A stretch of DNA of 64,000 nt, from assembly GCA_963836075.1 (NCBI GenBank), contig CAWIIB010000001.1, forward strand, positions 1,824,001 to 1,888,000. Reading direction: 5' to 3'. Each line of letters starts with the position of its first letter. Position 1 is the first letter of the stretch. Origin of the DNA: an uncultured Acidobacteriota bacterium (lineage in GTDB: Bacteria > Acidobacteriota > JAQAZP01). The notes beneath the pieces were generated by a model, which ran no database searches, was not told the origin of the DNA, and saw only the letters and a list, made by a program, of their open reading frames with translations. A program made the translations under genes and the position numbers. Shown piece by piece: positions 38,208-47,265 of the stretch.

Positions 38208-41200
38208 ATGAAGAAGCACCCCGTTCCATGGCCACCAGCACGGAGTTCCGCGAGACTCGCCATGGCGACAGTCGTCTGCCTGCTGCTGGCCACCCCGGCC
38301 CTGACCGTCGATGACACCCCGGTGATGGAGATCCCCGGGGGGATGGACTCGGTGAGCCGGCTGCTGGGCCACGCCGACGAGACACCGGACGGATTCGCCC
38401 GCAGCGTCAACCGCATCCTGCTGGAGATCGTCCGGCCGGACAACGACTGGCGGCAGCACGAGGAGCGCGCCCTGCTCTCGGCGTTCGTCGCCACCGTCCG
38501 CGAGCTGGAAGCGAACTACGGGCCGCGCATCGAACTCTCGCCCGCCGCGGGACAGGGCCGGCGCGACTTCGCCCGGCTGGCCGCTCTCTGCGGCTACTCG
38601 GTGCACCGCAAACATGGCCGGCTGGTCTGTGACCAGCGCGGCGGCCCCACCGCCATGCACCGCCGCCGCACGGCACTGGCCCTGGACTGGGACCTGGCCG
38701 GCGAGGCGGAGAAACTGGATGCCGGCGAGACCGTGGTGCTGGAGATCCATAACGGCCGGGCCGAGGCGCCGCTGGACTTCCCTACCTGGGCATCGATCAC
38801 CGGCCGCCCGGTGGACAGCGCCACGGCTTTCCTGGAGCTGGTCCGTGACCAACGGCTGGGGCTGCTGCTGGAGGGTCTGCACCAGGTAACCGCGGAAACC
38901 AGAGACTTCTTCCGCGACGGCCAGCTGCCCTGGATCTACAGCGAGGCCCCCGCCCCCTTCTACCGTTACTCCGCCCAGCTGGAACTGCGCCACGGTATGC
39001 TGGTGGTGCCCGGCGGCAGCGGCGCCGAGGAAGGCTGGTCCAGACTGCTGGGGGTTCCGGTATCCGATACCGCTCCCTTTATTCGCGCCCTGCTGGGCAC
39101 CGCTGATGCCCGCGGCGCCTATCTCTGGCAGCTGCTCTCCACGGTGCCCCCCACGGTTCTGGACGAACTGGCCTCCGCCGGCCTGGACCGCGACCCGTCC
39201 TGGCCGGTGCGGTTGGAGAAGATGTTCCAGCGGCTGGGTGAGGAGTCCAGCCGACTGGCCTTTGACCGGCCGCGGGCCCCCGGCTTCGGCATCGGCGACT
39301 GGGAAGTGCTGGGGCTGGTCTTCCCTGCCGCGCCCGGTGACGAGTGGGACGGCGAGGAGCCGATCGCCAGGATCGTCCGGGCCTCGGGCTTTGCCGCCGG
39401 CTGCTCCGGCCAGGGACTGCTCAGCGACACCCGGGCCGACCTGCCGCTGCTGCTGCGGGCCGAGGACCGCACGCCCATGGCCCTCCACACTTTGGAAAGC
39501 CTCTGCATCTCCGACCCGGTTCTGCTCCGCGACTACCTCCAGCTGGTGGACCAGATGGACCGCCGGACCTCGGGCCGCGGCACATCGTGGCCGGCGGAGA
39601 ACTTCCAGGGCGGGGTGGTTCTGCTGCGGATCCTCTCCGAAGCCGGCTGGGTGGGACACGATTTCATCGAGGACCGGCTGCGGGACTGGGTCCAGATCCA
39701 CCGCAGCGCCGCACGGCCGGAAGAGGCCGGCTCGGCCCAGCTGCAGTGGCTGGCCGGCCTGCTCACCGACCTCCCCGCCACCGTGGATGACGCCCCGGGC
39801 CGCGGCGAGCGGGAGCGGGCATTTATCTCCGCACTGGTCCGGCGCCGCGACCCCCAGGCCTTCCACTGGGGCGGCCTCGACTACCGGGGCGAACGGGGCC
39901 GGGACCTGGCGGCCACCATGGCCCGCCGGATGGTGGATCAGCGGATTCCCTGCCCCGACCAGCTGGTGGAGATCGCCGCCCAGCTGAACCAGCTGACCGA
40001 GGCCTGCCGCCACCGTGACCTGGATCGGTCCCGGCGTATCGCCTCAGCCCTGGGCAGCCGTATCTCGGCCCTGCCCTACCCCCATTTTGAACCGCTGCCG
40101 GGACGGCAGAACCTCGATGACGGCCTGATGCCCGTGGAGCGGAAAAAAATACTCAACCGGCTGACCACCATCCGTGAAAACCGCGACCCGGGGCGGCTGG
40201 GGGCCATGGCCCGGGCGGCCGAGGCGGCATCGCGGATGATGGGCCCGGAGATCCGGCCGCTGCTGCTCTGCCCGGCCTATCTCGAGGCGATGGGCGAGGA
40301 GGAGCACTTCCTCTTTGCCGACCGCAACCTGATCCGGCGGCACGCGGTCAGTTCCGGCTGGGGGACCAGGGACCACCCGGTGACCCCCTGGCGCGCGGCC
40401 ATGGTGATTCCGGCAGCACACTCCGACCACGGGACCCACATCGCCGGGCACCTCACCGGGGTTCCCGCGGCCATGGCCGCGGTCCTCTCGGTGGGCAACG
40501 ACCCGGCAGCGGGAACCGGCACCGCGTATGCGCGTCTCGAGCCGGCGTGGTACGAGAACGCGGTGACCACACCGTGGCACCGCATCACCCCCGAGCTGTC
40601 GCGGTTCGTCTCCGCGGCGCTGGCGGCCGGCGACAGCCTGATCCACAACGCGCTGGCCGAGGGCCCGGGCCACCAGGCGCTGAACCCGGTGCGCCTGATC
40701 GTCCCCCCGGCCCGGCTGCAGCAGGAGGCCCAACGGCTGCGCAGTAACCACGGCAGCCCGTCCCTGATCTCACCCAGCGAGCGGTTCATGGCCGGCCTGG
40801 CCGTGGCGGAGAGCGGCCCGCTCACCGCGGCGGTCTGGGGCATCCCCACGGCCCACCGCGAGGAACTGGAGGCGTCGCGGGCAGTGCTGGGCGACGACTG
40901 GCGCCGGCTGGTGGACGAGGCCGGCGCCCCCACCCCGGCGATCAACGGCCGGGGCCGGCCCTGGGTCGGCTACTGGCCGACCTACGAGTCGCTGGTCCGC
41001 AACGGCCCGGTGGAGCGGCTGCGGGAACGGCAGCTGATCGACCTCCGGCTCTCGGTGATCGACTACCTGGGCCGCCACCAGCTGCCCGGCGAGGTGGGCG
41101 CCGATCTGTTCACCGACCTGCTCTTTGCCGTACCGCGGGAACTGCTGATGGAAACAGCCCGCGACTGGGAAGGGTTTCTTGCCTGGACCGCCATGCTGGA

Positions 41201-41267
41201 TGAAAAGAGCTTTGACGAAAGGATGAGAAAATGTTTCGCCTCCGGACGTTATTTTGCGCAGCTCTAG
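38208..41267 (+). CDS. Large secreted hypothetical protein
   Basis: Long ORF with GC-skewed third codon positions; RBS GAGGGG; signal peptide; overlaps the VWA gene. Confidence 0.75.
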   Translation: MKKHPVPWPPARSSARLAMATVVCLLLATPALTVDDTPVMEIPGGMDSVSRLLGHADETPDGFARSVNRILLEIVRPDNDWRQHEERALLSAFVATVRELEANYGPRIELSPAAGQGRRDFARLAALCGYSVHRKHGRLVCDQRGGPTAMHRRRTALALDWDLAGEAEKLDAGETVVLEIHNGRAEAPLDFPTWASITGRPVDSATAFLELVRDQRLGLLLEGLHQVTAETRDFFRDGQLPWIYSEAPAPFYRYSAQLELRHGMLVVPGGSGAEEGWSRLLGVPVSDTAPFIRALLGTADARGAYLWQLLSTVPPTVLDELASAGLDRDPSWPVRLEKMFQRLGEESSRLAFDRPRAPGFGIGDWEVLGLVFPAAPGDEWDGEEPIARIVRASGFAAGCSGQGLLSDTRADLPLLLRAEDRTPMALHTLESLCISDPVLLRDYLQLVDQMDRRTSGRGTSWPAENFQGGVVLLRILSEAGWVGHDFIEDRLRDWVQIHRSAARPEEAGSAQLQWLAGLLTDLPATVDDAPGRGERERAFISALVRRRDPQAFHWGGLDYRGERGRDLAATMARRMVDQRIPCPDQLVEIAAQLNQLTEACRHRDLDRSRRIASALGSRISALPYPHFEPLPGRQNLDDGLMPVERKKILNRLTTIRENRDPGRLGAMARAAEAASRMMGPEIRPLLLCPAYLEAMGEEEHFLFADRNLIRRHAVSSGWGTRDHPVTPWRAAMVIPAAHSDHGTHIAGHLTGVPAAMAAVLSVGNDPAAGTGTAYARLEPAWYENAVTTPWHRITPELSRFVSAALAAGDSLIHNALAEGPGHQALNPVRLIVPPARLQQEAQRLRSNHGSPSLISPSERFMAGLAVAESGPLTAAVWGIPTAHREELEASRAVLGDDWRRLVDEAGAPTPAINGRGRPWVGYWPTYESLVRNGPVERLRERQLIDLRLSVIDYLGRHQLPGEVGADLFTDLLFAVPRELLMETARDWEGFLAWTAMLDEKSFDERMRKCFASGRYFAQL

Positions 41268-42367
41268 CCATCGCCGCCCTCTGCTCCACGGTGGGCGCGG
41301 CCAACCTGGTGCAGTTCATCTCACCGCGACCCGGTGACCTGGTGACCGGCTTGACCCAGATCCAGCTGGCGGTGGGCAACGGCACGCGGCACATCGAACG
41401 GGTGGACCTCTATGTACGGGGCCGGCTGATCGGCACCGCCTTCCCCCCCGAGTGGTCGCTGACCTGGGACGCGCCCACCGACGTCTCGGCCGACGGTATC
41501 GACGCTGTGGTCTACGAGGACGGGGCGATGGTGGGCAAGGTGCGCCTGGACACCCGCGAGTTCTACTTCGGCGAGTCGATCAACGTCTCGGCGGTGCAGC
41601 TCTACCCGGTGGTGGTGGACCGCCGGGGCCGCTACATCAAGAACCTCTCCGCCGACGACTTCCGCATCTTCGACCAGGGGCGACAGGTGGAGATCGAGCA
41701 CTTCGCCACCGAGGCCACCAGCCTGAGCATCGCCGTGGTGCTGGACACCAGCAACAGCATGTCGAAGAAGATCGGCGTGGTGCAGAACGCCTCCTGCGGC
41801 TTCGTGGACAAACTGGGCGAGGAGGATGAGGTGGCGGTCTACGCCTTCAACCAGCAGCTGCAGCGGATCATGCCCCCCACCCGGCTCCGCGGCCCGGTGA
41901 AGCGCGGGATCCGCACCCTGGAAGCCGGCGGGGGCACCGCCCTCTACGACGCCCTGATCAGGGTCCTCGGGGACATGGAGGGGGTCACCGGCCGCAAGGC
42001 GATCTTCCTCTTCTCCGACGGTCTGGACGAGCTGAGCCTGGCCAGCCTGGAGATGGTGACCGACGCCGCCAGGGACCACGAGGCGATAATCTACACCGTG
42101 GGCGCCGGGCAGGACGAGAGGACCGCGCGGGCGCGCACGGACCTGCGGATGCTGGCCGAAGAGACCGGCGGCGAGGTCCACTTCATCGAGCGTTTCGAGG
42201 AGCTGCCCACCGTCTTCGACGCCATCCTCGACCACCTGCGCTCGCAGTACGTGCTGAGCTACCGCCCCACACCGGGCCCCCCGGGGACCCGTTCGCTGGA
42301 CATCCGCTGCGACAAGCGCTCGTACCGCGTGCGCTGCCGCAAGAGCTACTACCACCAGGGGTCGTGA
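41231..42367 (+). CDS. VWA-domain protein (acidobacterial VWFA-type) with N-terminal Ig-like domain
   Basis: VVDRRGRYIKNLSADDFRIFDQG; MIDAS DTSNSM; TALYDA; FSDG; LAEETGG; LRSQYVLSY. Confidence 0.88.
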   Translation: MFRLRTLFCAALAIAALCSTVGAANLVQFISPRPGDLVTGLTQIQLAVGNGTRHIERVDLYVRGRLIGTAFPPEWSLTWDAPTDVSADGIDAVVYEDGAMVGKVRLDTREFYFGESINVSAVQLYPVVVDRRGRYIKNLSADDFRIFDQGRQVEIEHFATEATSLSIAVVLDTSNSMSKKIGVVQNASCGFVDKLGEEDEVAVYAFNQQLQRIMPPTRLRGPVKRGIRTLEAGGGTALYDALIRVLGDMEGVTGRKAIFLFSDGLDELSLASLEMVTDAARDHEAIIYTVGAGQDERTARARTDLRMLAEETGGEVHFIERFEELPTVFDAILDHLRSQYVLSYRPTPGPPGTRSLDIRCDKRSYRVRCRKSYYHQGS

Positions 42368-42394
42368 GGAACCAGCAATCATCGGAAAAATTTC

Positions 42395-42423
42395 TTGATT
42401 TCTGCAATTTGTTGCCTTAAATT
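42395..42423 (+). promoter_or_regulatory. Sigma70-like promoter upstream of the structured leader
   Basis: TTGATT-N17-TAAATT in an AT-rich stretch. Confidence 0.4.
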
Positions 42424-42462
42424 GAATACGCTGCCACTCAGGCACACACCACACACAACTAA

Positions 42463-42671
42463 ACGACTGGTCGAAAACTCGCACTGATCCTGCGACAGGC
42501 CATCGATCCCGTCGATGACGGACTACGCAAACAGGATCCAGGGAGGCCGAGTCTTGCGTGGACACGTGCTGAAACTGCCTCAACCACGCCCCGGAGGGGC
42601 GGTAGTCCGTCCGGGGCGCGACACAGCAGTATGCGAACCCGCGTGAAGCTGCTTACGGTAGTACCAGTTGT
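42463..42671 (+). ncRNA. Candidate structured RNA or 5' leader element, family unassigned
   Basis: 9-bp closing stem, several internal stems and a 10-nt long-range complement, between A/C-rich linkers. Confidence 0.55.
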
Positions 42672-42711
42672 CACCACATTTCATACCAAGACAAAAACAA
42701 TGAGGGAGAAA

Positions 42712-44719
42712 ATGAGAAAGCTCGGATCCATGAGCCCCTTTAACGGCATCCTCCTCACCCTGATCTTCTTCTTGGTCACCGGCTGTTTCGCCGCCACCCA
42801 GGTTGCACTGGCAGAAAGCGGATCAGGCGTTGTCACGCCTTCGGTCTCGGCGACCGAGACCGCGAGCAATACGCCCCTCCCGCCGTCAGCTTCCACGGTG
42901 CAGGTAAAGAGAAGTGCCCATGCCGAAGAGCTGCACGCAGCGCGTCTGGCCGGCGATCTGGCGGCGGTACAGGCCCTGGAAGCCTCAGCGTCAATCCAGC
43001 CTGCCGTTGGCGAGAATTGCGGTCAGCCCGCACTGCGCACAAGCGGCGCCGTCTGCGGATCCGGCGAACCACAGGTGACGGCCACCTCGAACAGGAAAGC
43101 CGCTGCCCCGTCAGACGGAGATCGGGCGACCTTCGGCGCGGATATTAAGGTGAGAACGAGCGACTACGACACCATGGAGATCAATCCCTCCATGGCTTCC
43201 GATTCGGACGGCAATCTCTACGCGGCCTTCCAGACCGATCTCTCCACCACCGGCTACTTCTACATCCAGCTGTACAGGTCCATCGACGGCGGCGTTACGT
43301 GGGATGGATACGGATTCGTGCTCGCCACGGACACTCACCTGCTGACCCCCTCCATCGCCATCGGTGAGGGGACCGCGGATACGCTGCTCCTGGCCTACAT
43401 CGTTGACGATGGATCGAGCACCCCCTACCCTGAAGTGGCCACCGCTCCACTGGGATCAAGCACCTTCACCATCCAGAAGCGTACCGTACGTCAGCACCTG
43501 GGAAGAGTATGCCAAGCCGGTCATCTGGACCGATGCCTACGAGTATCCGGGTTGGTTTGCCTATCTGACCTGCGAAGGGATCTATGATTCATCGGTCGAC
43601 AATATCAATGTCTGCTTCTGGCGCTCCATCGACTTGGGTGTCACCTGGAACTATCCGGCCAGCGGCGGCCCGGCGGTGATCGGGAATCTGGATGCATTCG
43701 CCTGGCTCGATGCCGACGGCACCTACGGCACGACGCAGAACAGGGTATTCCTCGCCTGTTACAACCAGACCGACAGCACGCTCTACAGCCTGGCCAGTGA
43801 TGATTTCGGCAACAACTGGGACGATACCCTCGACCTGAAGGCCATCAGCACCCTGCCCTACGATCCGTATTATCCCGTTGATCCGGACATCGAGGCGGCC
43901 GTTGCCTACGACCACGTGATGCTGGTCTGCACCCACGACCACGATTTCGACGGCCAGGACGACGACGACGTCGGCCAAACCTATTCCACCGATGCCGGGG
44001 AGACCTGGCCTAATCCGCTGTGGAATCTCAATGGGGCAACGGATGATCACGAATTCGGCGCGGACCTGAACGCCAACGAGGGGGGAGGCAGCTGGCACCT
44101 GACCTACACCCGGTGGGAGACCCCCGTCAACGATCACTTCGTCCAGTACAGCCAGCGCCAGCAGGACCTCGGCGACTACTGGCAGTCCTTCCCGGACGTG
44201 GTGGATGACCTGGCCCTGGCCAGTATCGGCTATTCCAAGAAGGGCATCGCCAGCAACTGGTCCACCGACGTGGCGGGAATCTGCTGGGCCGACTACCGGG
44301 ACGGCACACCCGACTACGACCTTTATTTCGACTACGACCGGGGGGGGGCGTCGGGGCCCACGGTGGCCTGTAGCTATTCCTGCAGCCCGAGCTCCGGCCA
44401 GCTGCCCTTCAGCACCCAGATGACCGTGAACATGACCAACCTCTACACCGGTTTCACCCGCACCATTTCCGGACGGATCAATATCAGTACCGCCGGCGGC
44501 GGATACATCAGCAATTGGCGCGCGGGATTCACCAACATCCCGGCCGGTGGAACCTTCACCAGATCCTGGAACCAAAACCTCCCCGCCCTGGGAGCACTAT
44601 ACGGAACCAACTACTTCTACATCTACGCCATGGACACCACCGCGAGCCCGTATAACCAGCCGCCATACCCCGCCTCGGGGGATACGGATATCGCAACCTG
44701 TCTTATCGTGGGGAACTGA
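42712..44719 (+). pseudogene. Secreted BNR/sialidase-like propeller protein with C-terminal NQPPY-GDTD domain, split by a +1 frameshift at ~43477 (or a sequencing error)
   Basis: RBS GAGGGAG and signal peptide; Asp-boxes in both ORF halves (RSIDGGVTW, RSIDLGVTW, STDAGETW). Removing one A from cagAagc joins them; the span is 2008 bp (3n+1). Confidence 0.78.
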
Positions 44720-44736
44720 TCCTGTCGATCCATGGG

Positions 44737-44760
44737 GGAGGGGGCATTGCCGCCCCCTCC
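44737..44760 (+). terminator. GC hairpin after the CTD-bearing gene
   Basis: ggagggggc-attgcc-gccccctcc. Confidence 0.45.
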
Positions 44761-44892
44761 TCTGTATCACCCGTGCCCACCGGCTCAGAACTCCCAGTCC
44801 TGGCCCAGACCCGGCAGGTCCATGTCCCGGTTGTCGTTGAGGAGGCAGCTTCGTTCGCCGGCGGTTGGCGGGATCAAGGAATTGCACCCAAT

Positions 44893-44927
44893 AAAACAAA
44901 CGCCCCGGCAACAGGGTGCCGGGGCGT
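44893..44927 (-). terminator. Intrinsic terminator of the fadL-like gene
   Basis: acgccccggca/tgccggggcgt stem followed on the minus strand by a T-rich tract. Confidence 0.7.
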
Positions 44928-44960
44928 GAATCGGTCATTCGGGTGACGGTCCGAACCGTC

Positions 44961-46328
44961 CTAGAAATTCCAGCTCAACTGGACGCTGAGGATATCCACC
45001 GACGCCTTGTATTCGCCGTGTATCGCGCCGCGGGTCACTTCCTCGGACGCCACACCCTCCTTGTGGATCCCGGCATTGGAAACCATGATGTGGGCGTAAC
45101 CACCGCTCAGCGCGAAGGCATCGTTGATCCGGTACGTGGTGCCCAGGGTCAGCCACCAGCGGTCGTTGCCCGGCACGCGAACCGTGCGCAGCGAGGGGTT
45201 GGGAATGGGCGACTGGTCATAGGCCGCACCGAAACGCCAGTCCCACTTTTCGCCGGGGGTATAGGTCAGCCCCGAGGCAAGACGCCAGGTGTCGTTCCAG
45301 TCGAGGGTGGTCACCGCGTCGCTGGCGCCGCTGGCGAACTTGATGCGCAGTTCCTCGATGCTGCTCCAGCCGGTCCAGGTCGCATCAGCCATCAGCGCCC
45401 ATTCGTCCGAGAGCGCGTGGAAGACGCTGGCCGAAGCGCTCTGGGGCAGGGTGATGTCAGCCGAGGCCGGCCCGTCCACCAGGCCGGACAGCCCGGCCAG
45501 GATGTCGGTGTACGCATTGGGCGAAGTGAAGTCGGCGTCGCCCTCCAGGTCGTAGTCGATCTCCGAACGGTAGGAGAGCCCGTAGCGGGTCCCTTCCGTC
45601 TGCTCGAAGAGGAAGCCGAAGTTGAAACCGTAGCCGTAATCATCGGCCTCAATCTTCACGAACCCGTCATCACCCTGGGGAGTCAGCGGCAGGCCCGCGC
45701 CGACCAGGGTGTTGATCGTGCCGTAGTCGATGGCGTTGCTGAACGTCCCATCCAGCGCCTGGATATTGATCCCCAGACCCGCCGAGAACTTGTCGGTGAA
45801 TTTGAAGGCCACGGTGGGGTTGAAGTTGACGGTCATCACCTCGGAATCGACACCGTGGTAGCGCCCCTTCCAGTCCTCATCATACTTGGTGGCCAGGCCG
45901 AAGGGAACGTTGATGCCGAGACCGAGGAAAAGCTTCTCGCCAAACTGCCCGCTCCAATAGATATTGGGCACGAGCGTGAAACTGCCGGCATTCCCGCCGT
46001 CACCGCCGGTGAGCGGGATCTCCACCCCAAGCAGCGGGGTGAGCGTGGAACCGTCATCGCTGAACTTGGTTGACGGATTGATGCCGTGGAGGCCGACTTC
46101 AATATTCTGCCCCTTAAGCCGGGTCAGGCCGGCCGGGTTGAAGAAGATGGTGGTGGCGTCCTCGGCCACCGCCGCACCGCCGCCAAAGGCGTTGCCCAGC
46201 CCCCTCACCCCCTGCTCGATCAGCGCGAACCCCGAGGCGCGGGCATCCATTGCGCTGCCCCCGGCCAGCAGGGCCGCAGCGATGATGATCAGAACCAACC
46301 GGCATGAATTCGTCCCTTTTCTCGACAT
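44961..46328 (-). CDS. fadL: Long-chain fatty acid outer-membrane transporter (FadL/OmpP1 family)
   Basis: ASGFALIEQG, GNAFGG, DATTIFFNPAG, PFGL and a C-terminal F. Confidence 0.92.
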   Translation of the reverse strand: MSRKGTNSCRLVLIIIAAALLAGGSAMDARASGFALIEQGVRGLGNAFGGGAAVAEDATTIFFNPAGLTRLKGQNIEVGLHGINPSTKFSDDGSTLTPLLGVEIPLTGGDGGNAGSFTLVPNIYWSGQFGEKLFLGLGINVPFGLATKYDEDWKGRYHGVDSEVMTVNFNPTVAFKFTDKFSAGLGINIQALDGTFSNAIDYGTINTLVGAGLPLTPQGDDGFVKIEADDYGYGFNFGFLFEQTEGTRYGLSYRSEIDYDLEGDADFTSPNAYTDILAGLSGLVDGPASADITLPQSASASVFHALSDEWALMADATWTGWSSIEELRIKFASGASDAVTTLDWNDTWRLASGLTYTPGEKWDWRFGAAYDQSPIPNPSLRTVRVPGNDRWWLTLGTTYRINDAFALSGGYAHIMVSNAGIHKEGVASEEVTRGAIHGEYKASVDILSVQLSWNF

Positions 46329-46572
46329 TGTTCCCCCCTGAATTGTTAAGTTATTAATGATGCCTGCACAGTGCCGCCGCACCGTGCATTCATCCGCCAA
46401 CCGCACGCTACGGCACTCCGGGTTGCCCTCGGTAAAAATGTCTGAAACTGGGACTGCTTACACCAGAATTTTTTGAAATGTAGATGAAACGGGCACTTAT
46501 GTCAAGCGGGGCGGGCCTCCCGGCGGCGCCGGATCAGCGGCGGCGCCGGGAGCGCGTCTGAGGAGGAAATGG

Positions 46573-47223
46573 CTACTTCTGCTTCCACTGGCCGTCGGGC
46601 ATCTGGATCCAGTCTCCGGCCCTGGCATCCCCGCGCAGGGTGGCGGCGTAGGTTTCCTTGATCCGCTCCAGCTGGGAGAGATCCACGTTCTTCGCCGCGG
46701 CGATCTCTTTGAACAGCTGCTCGCGGTCCCGGTTCTCGTCCTTGATCAGCCGCTGCACCTCCGCCCGCTGCTTGAGATCCTTCATTGACTGCAGTTCCCG
46801 GGGAGCCAGCAGGGCGTCGTTGCCCTCACCGACCACGCCCATGTTCTTGAACTTCCTGATCCCCGGCAGGCGGGCGGCACGGGAATCGATGATGCGGCGG
46901 ATGGCCGGGTTGGTGATCTCGGGCCGCGACACCTCGTCGGCGTATGCCGGGGTCACGCCCAGCAGCAGGTCGAACAGACCGGCGGAGTTGGGGGCCGCCT
47001 CTCCTTCTCCGGTTGCCGGCACCGCGTCAACTTCACTCTCGCCCTGGGGCTCGGCAACGGCCGTCTCGGCGGCCTCGGCGGCCTTGAGCGCCACCTCCTC
47101 CTCGATCTGCTCCGAGATGTCCTTGATCGCCGCCTCGGGGAAATAGACGTTGATCGTGACGCAGGCGATGATCAACAGGGCGGCACAACCGGTGACGGTC
47201 AACAGGGTCATTCTGGTCTTCAT
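46573..47223 (-). CDS. Lipoprotein with DUF1318 (YdbL-like) domain
   Basis: IIACVTINVYFPEAA; GVVGEGNDALL, ENRDREQL and GDWIQMPDGQW. Confidence 0.82.
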   Translation of the reverse strand: MKTRMTLLTVTGCAALLIIACVTINVYFPEAAIKDISEQIEEEVALKAAEAAETAVAEPQGESEVDAVPATGEGEAAPNSAGLFDLLLGVTPAYADEVSRPEITNPAIRRIIDSRAARLPGIRKFKNMGVVGEGNDALLAPRELQSMKDLKQRAEVQRLIKDENRDREQLFKEIAAAKNVDLSQLERIKETYAATLRGDARAGDWIQMPDGQWKQK

Positions 47224-47265
47224 GGCAAGTCTCCTTTTCCTCCAGTGGGATATGTTCAGTATACC

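Noticed and set aside
42463-42671. Assignment of the structured leader to the c-di-AMP, c-di-GMP, cobalamin or 6S families
   Set aside because: Only fragments resemble them (for example CGAACCCG...AGCT...CGGTAG). The diagnostic cores are missing, so it is left unassigned.
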